Source: Octopus vulgaris (Eukaryota). From it: 64,000 nucleotides of DNA. Under the pieces are notes generated by a model that was not told where the DNA came from, made no database searches, and saw nothing but the letters and a program-made list of their open reading frames with translations. Below, piece by piece: positions 50,401 through 64,000 of this stretch. Every line of letters begins with the position of its first letter. Positions within the stretch are counted from its first letter, which is position 1. Position numbers and translations under genes: made by a program. Where the stretch lies: assembly GCA_951406725.2 (NCBI GenBank), contig OX597816.1, forward strand, positions 1,674,001 through 1,738,000. The letters are read 5' to 3'.

Positions 50401-53126
50401 ATGTGTGTGTGTGTGTGTGTGCTAAGGAGAGTGTGCTTGTGCACTAGTGTGAGGGTATGTATATGCATGTGTGTGTGGGGAAGGGAGATATAGAACAAGA
50501 GACACTCTGTATGTGTGTGTATGTGTGTGTGTGTGTCTGCGTGTGCCAGCCATTGTGTGTGTATGAGAGAGGCAAAAGGAATGTGTGTGTGTGAATATGT
50601 ATTTTTAAAATTTTATTTATTTTATTTTTTTAATTTTATCTAGTTTCAGCTCACGAGCTGTGGCCATGCTGGGGCACCGCCATATGCATAAGTGTGCAGC
50701 ATGTAAGCTTAGGTATTTGTGTGGGAGAGAGAGAGAGAGAGACAGACAGACATTACAGTCAGTGTATGAGAGTATTTGTGTGCATGTAGGTGGGGGGTGG
50801 GGGTGAGAGAGAATGTGTGTTCGAAGGTATGTATGGGATCACATGTATGCCTAGTTGTATACATGGCAGACAGAACAACACAATGTGTGTGTGCGTGTGT
50901 GTGTGTATTTCGCTGTACATATTTGTGTGTTTGGTTTCATTATAATATCCGGCAGTTTTTCTGTCCTTTTCTTTTCACACCCAACTCACCTCCATTCAAT
51001 ACGAGTCTCTTTATTCACGTCCCGTTGTTATGAAATATGAAAGAGATTTTCGAGAGAGAGAATTGTTACAGTTGGGTGGGGACATAAAGTTTACAAGTTG
51101 TGTTTCTTCTTTCCACATGCTTGCATTGCTATCTTTAAATTGTTACCACCCACCTGCCTCTTCACCATGGATAACAGAGGAGGCGGCAGAAACGGTGAAA
51201 TTCCCTACTGAATGTTTCTATAACAAAAACAATTTTTGACCCCACCACTCTCTCTCCCTCCCCCTCTCTCTCTCTCATTCAGTCAGAATTTTTATTCCCA
51301 GTTTTGTCAATAACTTGTGTGGTGTTGAATAGGGACAAAGCCATATACTTGCCAGGGGGGAAACATAGAGAGTCTGTTGATTGAGTTGATCTCAGGACTT
51401 GACCGAAACTTATCAAATTGTGTGAGATTGAGGTGGAAGAGGTCAACGATAAAGTCAACGTTGGCAAGATTTGAACCAGGAATTAAAAAAAAAAAGGGGG
51501 AACACAGACTTTACTGCTCCAAATACTTTAATCACCTTTCATCACCACACAATATTGATTTTCTTGGTGGTCTGTGTGGTAAGAAGTTTTCTTCCCACCC
51601 ACGTGGTTCTGGATTTGGTCTCACGGCATGGTGCCTTGCGCAAGTGTCTTCTGCTATAGCCTCGGGCTGACCAAAGCCATGTGAGTGGATTTGGTAGGTG
51701 GAAACTGAAAGAAGTCCATCATGTGTGCGTGTGTCTGTCTTAGTTGCCTACTACAGCTTGGCAACTGGTGTTTGTGTGTTTACATCCATTGGCTTCCGTA
51801 CTGGTGGCACGTAAGAGGCACCATTTGAGCGGAATCATTACCAGCATCACCTTACTGGCACCTGTGTCGTTGGCATGTGTAAAAAGATTCAATCGAGGTC
51901 ATTGCCAGTACCGCTTGACTGGCCCCCATGTCGGTGGCATGTAAAAGCACCCACTACACTCTCAGAGTGGTTGGTGTTAGGAAGGGCATCCAGCTGTAGA
52001 AACTCTGCCAGATCAAGACTGGAGCCTGGTGCAGCCATCTGGTTCGCCAGTCCTCGGTCAAAATCGTCCAACCCATGCCAGCATGGAAAGCCGACGTTAA
52101 ATGATGATGATGATGATGATGATGTAACTTAGTGGTTTGGCTGATTGAATAAGTACCAGGCTCAAAAATCGATAAATGATGGGGTCAATTCTTTTGACTA
52201 AAATTTTTTGAAGGTGGTGGTGCCCCAGCATGGCCGCAGCCTAATGACTGAAACAAGGTAAGTACAACTGGATCGTTAGCATTGTTATCAGGTGCAATGC
52301 TTAGCAGCATTTCTTCCAGCTTTCCATTCTGAGATCGGATCCCACAGAAGTCATCTTTTCAGGGTCAATAGAATAATTAGGAGTTGAGCCCTGGCTTATG
52401 TAATCAACCAGCTCCCTCCCTACAAATCTCAGGCCTTGTGTCTATAATAGAAAGAAAAGAAAAACATAGGGACAAGGCTACAACTTGATGGAGAGGGTAT
52501 TGTCCAACCCATGCCAGCATGGGAAGCGGATGTTACATGATGATGATGATCACATCAACAATGTGTTTGACTTGTTTTTATATCAATCCCAGAATGGTGG
52601 AAAAGGAAATAAATCTTGGCAGGATTTGAACACAGAACTTCAGGGATAAAAATAAAAGTTACTGAAATTATTCTGGCACTTTCTTATTTCTACCATTTAA
52701 ACTGCATTTCATCGTAATGTTACGGTTTATGATATTTCTTGCTTTTTAATGCTTCTTGCATTAAAAATGTTAAAACTAATTTAGCTATTATTTTTTCATG
52801 CAGATGGAGTCTCTGACTCGTTCTTTAACCTGTTGTATTTGCCTACAGTAACAAATGTACATTTAGTAATTCTGCTATCAAAGCTTCAGCAAGTGTGTGA
52901 TGAGGTCATAATAAGACTAGAACATGTCCAAAGATAAGAGTCAAATGATATTGTCTGTATCAGTGGTGACTTCATTTATGATCAGCTTATAATAGTCAGG
53001 AGAAGTAGAAACACACACACACACACACTATAAGTTTCTTATTGTTTCTGTCTGCCAAATCCACAAGGCATTAATCGGCCCAAGATGCAATACAGTGGGA
53101 CTGAACCTGTATAGAATGTATATACA

Positions 53127-53725
53127 TTCATCATCATCATCATCGTTTGACGTCCGCTTTCCATGCTAGCATGGGTTGGACGGTTTGACTGGGGTCTGGG
53201 AAGCCAGGAGGCTGCACCAGGCTCCAGTCTGATCTGGCAGTGTTTCTACAGCTGGATGCCCTTCCTTAATGCCAACCACTCCATGAGTGTAGTGGGTGCT
53301 TTTTACGTGCCACCGGCACAGGTGCCAGGCAAGGCTGGCAACGGCCACAATTGGTTGGTGCCTTTTACATGCCAGGCAACGGCCACAATTGGTTGGTGCC
53401 TTTTACGTGCCAGGCAACGGCCACAATTGGTTGGTGCTTTTTACGTGCCACTGGCACGGAGGCCAGTCGGGGCGGTGCTGGCTACGGCCATGTTCGGATG
53501 GTTCTTTTATGTGCCACCGGTACTGGTATCACAACTACAATTTCCATTGATTTTGATCAATTTCACTTGCCTCAACAGGTGTTCGCAAGCAGAGTTTTGT
53601 GTCACAAGGAGGAAAGGTATGCATAAGTGGACTGGCTACGTCCCAGGTAGAGGCCATGGGTTATGGTCTCACTTGTCTTGCCGGGTCTTCTCGCGCACAG
53701 CATACTTCCGAAGGTCTCGGTCACT
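53127..53725 (-). mobile_element. RTE LINE 3' end with an internal 38-bp triplication (53337-53450)
   Basis: Family tail. ggcaacggccacaattggttggtgc occurs at 53337, 53375 and 53413. Confidence 0.8.
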
Positions 53726-54471
53726 ATATACAATTGAAGCAGCTCTGTGGTAGAAGTTTCTTGATAAAAATAGCATATTTAATGTATGAGTGCCGTGAAG
53801 CTGGGTGAAGTGGAATCGTCAAAAGAAATGACTGCAAAAGCTGCTGTGTATTTTGCTGTAGTTGCAAGATGTCTGTAGTCATGTCATTTCTGAAGTGAAG
53901 TACACACACACGCACGCACGCATGCACGCACACACACAAGGATGAAACTGCCTTCCTGGCTCATAAGGCCAGTTTCCTGGTTTCTGTGGTGTATACATAT
54001 CCCGCCTCCACTGGATGGGAAGCTAGTCCGTTGCAGGATAGCTCATTTTTACTAGCTGAGGAGACTGAGGTAATGTGAAAGACAGATTCTTTTTGCTCCT
54101 CAACACCACAATCTCCCATCCAGGAATTTAAACTACAATCTTAAGATCATGAGTGCAACCCACTGACCACTAAGCTATGTGCCTCCAATTATATCACACC
54201 AACCACTCTACTATTGAACATTGTTATACATTGCTAGTCACAATGCGCTTTGCATTGTGTTAGCTTTTCAAATGATGCCACTCCACTGGCTAGGCATGCA
54301 GGCCAACATTCCCCCCTGATCAAGAGGCCAGTCCATCAGAGGGGGGACCAATTTACAGGAAGTGTTGTGCTGAAGAATACAATGTAAAGTTCAGTCTGGG
54401 AATTGAGCCTGTGATCTAGCAATCATGAGTGCAACACCCTAACCACCAGGCCATGCACCTTCATATATGCA

Positions 54472-54516
<45 letters not shown>

Positions 54517-54518
<2 letters not shown>

Positions 54519-55584
54519 CATCATCATCATCCTCATCATCGTTTAACGTCCGTTCTCCATGCTAGCATGGGTTGGACGGTCCGACCGGGGATCTGGGAAG
54601 CCAGAAGGCTGCACCAGGCCCAGTTTGATCTGGCAATGTTTCTACGGCTGGATGCCCTTCCTAACGCCAACCACTCCGTGAGTGTAGTGGGTGCTTTTTA
54701 CGTGCCACCGGCACAGGACCCAGGCGAGTCTGGCAAACGGCCACGATCGGATGGTGCTTTTTATGTGCCACCGGTACGAGGCCAGTTAGGGCGGCGCTGG
54801 CAACGGCCACGTTCGGATGGTTCTCTTACGTACCACTGGCACTGGTAACTCAGCTGCAATTTCCATTGATTGATTTTGATTCTGATTCTCACTTGCCTCA
54901 ACAGGTCTTCACAAGTAGAGTTTTGTGTCCCAAGAAGGGAAGGTATGCATAAGTGAGCTGGCTACATCCCAGATAGAGGCCATGGGTTGTAGTCTCACTT
55001 GTCCTGCCGGGTCTTCTCATGCACAGCATACTTCCATAGGTCTCGGTCTCTATTCATTTCCTTAGTGAGACCTAAAGTTCGAAGGTCGTGCTTCACCACC
55101 TCATCCCAGGTTTTCCTGGGTCTACCTCTTCCACAGGTTCCCTCAACTGCTAGGGTGTGGCACTTTTTCACACAACTATCTTCATCCATTCTCGCCACAG
55201 GTCCATAAGACCTAAGAAGCATCAGTTGTGGTGTGCAAACGTCTCTCTTGCACACCACAACTGATGCTTCTTAGGTCCAGCTTTTCTCTCAAGGTACTTA
55301 CACTCTGTCGAGTATGAATACTGACATTACACATCCATCGGAGCATACTGGCTTCATTTCTTGCGAGCTTACACATATCCTCAGCAGTCACGGCCCATGT
55401 TTCACTGCCATGTAGCATGGCTGTTCGTACACACGTGTCATACAGTCTGCCTTTTACTCTGAGCGAGAGGCCTTTTGTCACCAACAGAGGTAAGAGCTCT
55501 CTGAACTTTGCCCAAGCTATTCTTACTCTAGCAGTTACACTTTCAGCACACCCACCCCCGCTGCTGACTTGGTCACCTAGGTAA
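54517..55584 (-). mobile_element. RTE-clade LINE 3' fragment
   Basis: Translates [27 protein letters not shown]...GRGRPRKTWDEVV. Confidence 0.9.
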
Positions 55585-55586
55585 CG

Positions 55587-56025
<439 letters not shown>

Positions 56026-56026
56026 T

Positions 56027-56608
56027 GCCCACTGTGGTCTCCCGATACAAGACAAAACATCTTGAGGATTGAATCACCCAGAGGGCACTCACTAAACGAA
56101 TTGAAGGCATGGCTGCTCTCGATTATTGGGATCGCCTTAAAGCCTTGAAACTCTACTCTCTCTAGCGTCGCCGTGAGTGATACATCATTTGTACGATGTG
56201 GAGAATATACCGCCAACTTTTCCCAAACGACCTGAAGGTTCATCCAAGACTGGAACCACAGGCCATACATCCCCTGCCCAATTCAAGATCACAGCATACA
56301 TATACACTGCAACATAATTTCTTTTCCTCAACAGGCCCTGCCCTATTTAACATTGTCCCGAAAGAGATCAAAGAGGAAAAGGATCCCATCAACTTTAAAC
56401 GGAGTCTGGATAGATTCCTTCAAGGAATACCAGATAAGCCACCCATAATTGGATACAACTCACCCAACAAAAACTCACTACTTGAATGGACCATAAACAA
56501 AACTTGACTTAAACAGGATTCGAATAATCCTATCAGGTGGTGCTATTAAGTTAGACATGGCCTGGACCAATCTTTGGTCGAAACATATCTAAGTTTATCT
56601 AAGTTTAT
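56027..56608 (+). mobile_element. LINE 3' fragment (CR1/L2-like) with a 3' stem-loop and tandem tail
   Basis: Translates FSSTGPALFNIVPKEIKE...FKRSLDRFLQGIPDKP. Ends with a gaccaa-tct-ttggtc hairpin and two ctaagtttat repeats. Confidence 0.7.
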
Positions 56609-57482
56609 ATATATGTGTATATATATATGTATATATGCATGACTATATAGTTGTGTTTGTGTATACGTTCATACGACCTGTCACATAGTTGGGATGTCAA
56701 GGACTTAAACCAGGAAGCCCATCACCCCTGCTTGGTAAGGAAGCTGGTTTCCACTGGATGGCCAGCAGGATGAAAAGCAAATTCTGTCAAAGACAATATG
56801 AACTGGGCAGCATCAATGGCCTTTCTAGCAGTTGGCAGTGTGAGTCCTCTCGGCTTTGTTAAGACATCTTACAAAAAGAGAAGGCAATTCTGAAATGACA
56901 TCCATCTCATTGCGAAGCCAGACGTTCTTAACGTTGGTCATTTCTGGACTGCTTGGTTTTGTGGGTAAGAATCTTCGAGGTGTGTGCAAGTTGTGATTGA
57001 GTTTAAATTTCAAAACGGACAACATTACAGACAGCCATTGTCTTTGTCATCTAGAATAATTTGTCAGTGATGGTCATGAGCATCTACAAGTTGACAGTCA
57101 CCAATTCACATTTGTAGTATTGAAAGTATTATAATGTGATAAATATAGACTATCAAACACTAGTAAGTGCCTGAGCTAAATACAGGACACACCTAACTGC
57201 ATGTGAATTGAGGTCGACTCATTTAGTGTACATCATTAGGTTGTTTGAGAAGGGTGGAGCAACTGAAAGAAAAACATCATCCTCTTCAGCAACAAGTAAT
57301 GCTGTTGATTAACATAATTTTAATTAATCAGAGTGTAATGTTCATTATCCTCCATTTTGTAGCCCATACGTGTCATTAGTGAACGCTGGAATATAATGAG
57401 ATACAGGAAGTAATTGAATACTTAATGTTTGAAAGGAGAAAATAATTTCTGGTAGTGTTTGCATGTGTATGTGTACATACAT

Positions 57483-57535
<53 letters not shown>

Positions 57536-57589
57536 CATACACACACACACACATGCATACACACATACATATAATGATGTGTGTGTATA

Positions 57590-59131
57590 TCATCATCATT
57601 TAGTGTCTATTGTCCATGCTAGCATGGGTTGGATGGTTTGACCAGAGCTGGTAAGCTGAGGGCTGCACCAGACTCCAGTTTGATTTGGCAGGGTTTCTAC
57701 CAGCATGGGTGCCAGTTGTGTGACACCAATATCTGCCATGACTATGGTTCCACTCGGCTTGAAGGATCTTCCTTCTCAAGCACAACATATTGCCAAAAGT
57801 CTCAGTCATTTATCATTGCCTCCATGAGGCCCAGCACTCGAAAGGTGCTTCTTCTGTACCACTGGCGCAGGTGCTAGTTCCATGACATTGGCACCAGCTG
57901 CACTGCCTCCATGAGAGCCAGCACTCAAAAGGTCCCTTTTTACATGGCTGCCAGTTATGTGACACTGACAACAGCAACAACTACGATTTCACTTGGCTTG
58001 ATGGGTCTTCTCTAGCATGGCATATCGCCAAAGGTCTCAATCACTAGTCATTGTCTCTGTGAGGTCCAACAGTTGAAGATCATGCTTCACCACTTCATTC
58101 CATGTCTTCCTGGGTCTCTCTCTCTTCCACAGCTTCTTTCCACTGTTAGAGATTGGCACTTCTTCACCCAATTGTCCATATCCATACGCATCACATGATC
58201 ATACCAACGCAGTCATCTCTCTTGTGCACTACATCTGATGCCTCTTATGCCCAACTTTTCTCTCAACACACTCACATTCTGTTGTACATGCACACTGACA
58301 TTGCACATCCAGCAAAGCATGCTAGCTTCATTTCTTTCAAGCCTACGCATGTCCTCAGCAGTCATAGCCCATGTTTCACTGCCATGTAGCATGGCTGTTT
58401 GCACACAGGCATCATACAATCTGCCTTTCACTCTGAGAGAGAGGCCCTTTGTTGCCAGCAGAGGTAGGAGCTCTCTAAACTTTGCCCAGCCTAATCTTAT
58501 TCTCACAGCAACACTCTCGGAGCATCCGCTACTAACTTGGTCACCAAGATAACGAAAGCTATCTACTACCTCTAGCTTACACCCCCTAACAGTTGATGGA
58601 GTCTATTTTCTGCACATTTTCAGCATTTATTGTACCTGTGCATCTTCCACATACAAAAGCTATTTTCCCCTTTAACCTTCCTCTGATATTGCTGCACCTC
58701 TCATGTGTCCATAGTCAACACTGGGTACATCTTACGGAGTTTCTACCTACGCCTTTTCTACAAATCAAGCAGGACTGTCTACCTGAAGGGATTTGTGATT
58801 TGTCTGTCTTCCTACTTACCATGACTTTCGTTTTTGCTAGGTTAACTCTAAGTCCCTTTGATTCTAGACCTTGTTTCCATACCTGGAACTTCTTCTCTAG
58901 TTCTGGTAGTGATTCAAGTATAAGAACAAGGTCATCAGCATAGAAGAGCTCCCAGGGGTAACCTGTCTTAAATTCCTCTGTTATTGCCTGGAGGATTATG
59001 ATGAACAGGAGGGGGCTGAGGACTGATCCTTGGTGAACCCCTACTTGTACACTGAATTCTTAACTGTATTCATTGCCAACTCTCACCTTACTGGTAGTGT
59101 CCCTGTACATGGCTTGTACAGCTCTCACCAA
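57590..59131 (-). mobile_element. Longest RTE-clade LINE fragment, reaching into the RT core
   Basis: Minus strand encodes VGVHQGSVLSPLLF and PWELFYADDLVL, then [16 protein letters not shown]...LHGSETW. Frame-disrupted. Confidence 0.92.
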
Positions 59132-59415
59132 CGTGTGTGTGTGTGTATATATATATATAAGAAATGGAAACGAAAATAATAAATTGAATAATTAAATAAT
59201 TTAATCATTACATGATAAATTCAATTCAATTTCATTATTTTATACAAACAAATGACACATTTAGTAAATTACAGCTGTTTCTGCACCATTAATAAAAACA
59301 GGTTTTTCAAGAATAATAAAATATTGTTTTAAATATAATGAGGTCCCATCAGGCAGACGCATCTCCTTAAATATCTTAAGTAAAATAGCAAGTGAACATT
59401 TGTATGACTGCTAAC

Positions 59416-59860
59416 GTGTCCCCTGGATGATGAAGATCCGCATCCTCAATGCATCAGTTCTTTCCATTCTCCTCCTCTATGGAACAGGAACATGGCCCCT
59501 CTTGAAGACCCTGGCAAAAAGGATTGACAGCTTTGATAGCAGAGCCTTGAGGAACCATCGAGAACATCGGATGGTACCATCATGTTTCCAACAAAGAACT
59601 GTGTGCATGCATGTATCAGCTGCACAGCCTCCTGCCCCATGGCTATCTGTTGCATGTCGTCCATCCCCTGCTGGATCATCCTACCAGGGCTTTACTCTCG
59701 CTTGATGCATCAGCTGCAGGCATTGCACCAAATGGATGGATGGGATTGGGGAAGATCTACAGAGGCTCAGTGTCACCTTGGAAGATGCAGAGAGGCTGGC
59801 ATGGGATCACTGGCAATGGAAAGCTGACAGGTGCCACCTGTCAGCTTTATGCATGATGGC
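59416..59860 (+). mobile_element. Old RTE-like LINE fragment of a different family
   Basis: Translates KIRILNASVLSILLLYGTGTWPL...KRIDSFDSRALR, with frameshifts. Confidence 0.65.
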
Positions 59861-62220
59861 ACACCTGGGATGTCTAACTTAGAATGACCCTAACCCCATC
59901 AAACAAGAGCATGAAACCAAACTAAGCCAGGATGCATAAATAGCTGTCTTAATTGGATTCTGCTTCCCTGGATCACTAAACTGTCTCTCTTCATGTGCTA
60001 CACCTGCCCCCCCTCTCTCTCTGCTGTGCTCCTTCAGTCTACCCAAACATCATCTCTCTCCTCCCACTGTCATAACTACTCCCTTACTGCTCGCATCTCT
60101 CTCTCATACAGCACTTCCCCTCAACCCTTCCCAATCTTTACAGGTGTTTCCTACCTACTTCCCTCTCTCCCACTTCCCCCATTTACTCATACAAACCCCA
60201 CCTATTACTACTACTACTACTACTACAACTACTACTACTACTCCTCCTCTTACCTGAGCTGCCACCTGGATACCACATCACCACTGTCTATCTTTTTGCA
60301 GATCCCACCAATTCATTCTGGAGTGGTTGGCATTAGGAAGGGCATCCAACTGTTGAAACTTTGCCAGATCAGATTGGAGCCTGGTGCAGCCTCCTGGCTT
60401 ACCAGTCCTCAGTCAAACCGTCCAACCCATGCCAGCATGGAAAGCAGACATTAAATGACGATGATGAACATAAAAAGCCAGAAGAAATACCATTAAACAT
60501 TTCACCAATTGTGCAAACGAGTCGAACAGTTCACCACTTTTTTTTTATTCTTCCTCAAAATCACAATCAGAATTTCAATCAAAATGGAAATTGTAGTTGT
60601 AGTCGATGCCAATGCCGCCTGACTGGCTCCTGTGCTGGTGGCACATAAAAAGCACCATCTAGACATGGTCAATGCCAGCCCCACCACCCCAACTGGCTCC
60701 TGTGCCAGTAGCATGTAAAAAGCACCGTCCAGACGTGGTCGATGCCAGCCCCCCCTGCCCCAACTGGATCCTGTGCCGGTGACCCATAAAAAGCACTATC
60801 CAATCATTGCCGATGCCAGTGCCACCTGACTGGTTCCTGTGCTGGTGGCATGTAAAATGCACCTACTACACTCAGAGTGGTTAGCATTAGGAAGGGCATC
60901 CAACTGTAAGAAACCTTGCCAGATCAGACTGGAGCCTGGTGCAGCCTCCTAGCTTGCTAGTCACCAGTCAAACCATCCAACCGATGCCAGCATAGAAAGC
61001 AGACGTTAAACGATAATTTTGTGTCATTTAAGCAGAAAGAAGCAAAACTGTCACCAAATAAAGTTGTTTATTTTGCAGGTGGTGGGGAGGCCCGTTTTCT
61101 AATGAGGAAGGATTTAAAAAATGTGAACACTGTGTGTTGACTTACACTCAAAACAATAAGAGAGTGTCAGAGCTCCGTCATTCAAGAACTGAGAGTAACC
61201 AACCTGACATTTCACATATAGCAGCTAATGGATGGACCCTATACGATTTACACTATTACCTGTTTAAACATTTTGCTGAGAATGAATAGAGGTGATAGTG
61301 TAAACTGCACTTGTGTGTGTGAGTGGTGTACGTCAAATATTTTATCATCATTTCAATGTCCAGGTTTCATTCTGCTACGGGTTGGATGGTTTGAGCTGAA
61401 GGACTGCATTGTCCTCCAGTGTTTGCTTTTGGAATGATTTCTATGGCTGGATGCCCTTTCTAATGTAAACAGTAGAGCTTCCAACCACATCCCAATGTAG
61501 ATTGGGTACATTTTTTTGCGCCACCAACTCTATTGAGGTCACAGTGTGGCTTGCAAGTCAACATCATCCTCCTAGATGGAGGATGTTGCCTCTGTATGTT
61601 AGAGAGGGGAGGGGGTTAGGGTATGTGGGAAGAGGCTGGAGTAGAGCAGGGCCTTGTTGCGGAGGAGCTGCATGGCTACTCACATTTAAGTGAGAGAGAG
61701 AATGAATTGGTGGGATCTGCAAAACGATCGACAGTGGTGATGAGGTATCCAGGTGGCCGTTCAGGTAGGAGGAGTAGTAGTAGGTGGGGTTTGTATGAGT
61801 AAATGGGGGAAGTGGGAGAGAGGGAAGTAGGTAGGAAACACCTGGGTTGAGGGGGCAGTGCTCTCTCTTCCAGCAAATCTGACAGAAAACAGTCAGGGTG
61901 AACACAACAAGTCTAAGCATGATCCTGTTGATTAGAGAACAACAGTTAGGCATGCACTTGTGCCCTTGGTGGTCAGGGCAATCCTGGATCTGTGGGGTTC
62001 TTTGATTGGCCTTAATTGGAAGCTCTCCTGTATCAGGAGGACTGCATCATCCATGTGGTCACATAGTTTCTATATTGTGTATACTTTTTATCTCCTATCC
62101 CTTCTATTCAGCTTTTATGTAAACCTCCACAAATTGTAAACCATCCTTGTTATGAGCCCCTCATCAAATACCCCTGTGGTAAATAAAGGAGATCATCACC
62201 ATTGTTATTATTATTATTAT

Positions 62221-62671
62221 CATTCAGTAGTTTTATTTTTATATCGTGCTTTCACTTCACTACCGAGCGCAGCTCTGTGTGCCTTGGGTATGTGCTGTGA
62301 TTCGTTGTGATGTTCTGATGGTTATTGTATGGAAAGTGTTCTGCGTAGGATGTGTGCAGTGCCTAGTAGTGCAATTTTCTGTATGTTATATGTGTTTGTA
62401 AGTCCTGGTGTTTTTGTTATGTATTTGTCTGAATATTTTTTTATCATGCCTAATGCACCTACTATGATAAGAATTGTTTCTGTTTTCAGATTCCACATTC
62501 TAGTTACCTCTATTTCCAGGTCTTTGTATTTTGAGAGTTTCTCCATTTCTTTTAGAGACACGTTGTCATCTGCCGGTATTGATACATCAATTAGAAAGCA
62601 TTTTTTTTCTTCATGATCTCTGACAACTATATCTGGTCTGTTGGCCTTAATTTCTCTATCTGTGTGTATCG

Positions 62672-62672
<1 letters not shown>
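62221..62672 (-). mobile_element. Dong/R4-clade non-LTR retrotransposon 3' fragment (restriction-like endonuclease domain) in (TAA)n
   Basis: Translates TDREIKANRPDIVV...LIDVSIP...EKLSKYKDL...IIVGALG...QKIALLGTAHILRRTL*. (TTA)n on both sides. Confidence 0.85.
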
Positions 62673-62712
<40 letters not shown>

Positions 62713-64000
62713 TGGTGTGAACAAATGCTTTACATTCAGAATGAATGTCCTTGATTGCGGGTCACAACCAGTTTCCTTAGATATCGAGCTCCTTTCTTAC
62801 AATCCTTCCCAAAAGAGATTTCTGAATTAATACAACTCTCATAGTCACACCAGTTTCAATAAGGGAACTGTTAAGTTTGATTCTTGTTGTTGTTATTCTT
62901 AAGGTGCAGGCATGCATGTATGATTAAGAAGTTTGCCATTCACATGGTGTCAGGATCAGGTCCACTGAGTAACAACTTGCACAAATGTATTCTATTATAT
63001 TATGGATGTCGGCACGTAAAAAATACCATTTTTGAGCATGGCCGTTGCCAGTACCGCCAGACTGGCCCTCGTGCCGGTGACACTTTAAAAGCACCCACTA
63101 CACTCTTGGAGTGGTTGGCGTTAGGAAGGGCATCCAGCTGTAGAAACTCTGCCAGATCAGATTGGAGCCTGGTGCAGCCTTCTGGTTTGCCAGTCCTCAG
63201 TCAAATCGTCCAACCCATGCTAGCATGGAAAGCAGACATTAAACGATGATGACTTTGAGAGAACTTGAAATAATTCTTTTTTTGGAATACTGGCTCTCAA
63301 AGCACATCACCCAAAGCTGTAAGTAATAGTATGTTAATGTTGGGTTGGGAATCCCTTTTGGAAAGCTGCCTGTCCTAGGGGCAGCTTTTGATTTTTTGTC
63401 CTTTCCAAAAGGATTTTTCAAGTCAATATTTACAGATTTTATGTGATGTGCTTTTTGATCCCATTCTACTACAACCCTGGGCCAAGCAAAGCCTTGTGAG
63501 TGGATTTGGTAGATGGGAATTATGTAAAAGACCATTGTATGTGTTTGTATTTGTTGTCCTCACTTCTTGACAACCAGTGTTGGTTTGTTTACATCTCCAT
63601 AACTTAACAGTTCAGCAAAAGAGACCAACAGAGTAAGTGCCAAACTTAAAAAATAAATATTGGGAGTGATTTGTTTGACTGGACTCTTCAAGGAGATGCT
63701 CCAGCATGGCCAGATCCCAATGATTGAAACAAGTAAATGCAAAACGATAATATAAATGTGTGTGTGTGTCTTGACATCATGTGATAGTCGTAAATGAGTG
63801 TCACCATCATACAAGCAGTGTCCTTCATTTCTTATCTGCTGTAAAAAATATGTCCAGCCCAAGAGAAATATCACCTTGCTCAGAAAGAAGTAAAGGGTAC
63901 TGACAGGAAGGGCCTCCATCCATCTGCCTTATTAACATTCCCCCTGACCCATGCCAGCATGGAAAGGTGGATGTTAAAATGGTGATAATAATGATGATTA

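Noticed and set aside
56551-56608. Hairpin followed by GAAAC, superficially hammerhead-like
   Set aside because: No CUGANGA-like core or GUH pairing. Better explained as a LINE 3' recognition stem-loop.

Overview
AT-rich, repeat-dense eukaryotic genomic DNA, most likely an octopus (inferred from the tRNA-derived SINEs, RTE LINE 3' ends and microsatellite load). Two convergent, intron-rich genes can be spliced by eye. On the + strand are the last seven exons of carnitine O-palmitoyltransferase 2 (CPT2; 47-13905). On the - strand are three coding exons of a MEI4-like meiotic double-strand-break factor (25590-16529; start exon not located). The rest is SINEs, RTE, CR1/L2-type and Dong/R4 LINE fragments, MITEs, foldback elements and mini/microsatellites, with no confidently assignable gene after about 26 kb. 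The most unusual signal is a set of short, mostly microsatellite-associated and often inverted-duplicated elements carrying type-I hammerhead-ribozyme-like folds, a Penelope-like-element signature. Their cores appear to covary at the 3-8 tertiary pair (C-G, G-C, U-A). All identifications are by manual reading and remembered motifs; no search or folding program was run, and repeat boundaries are approximate.
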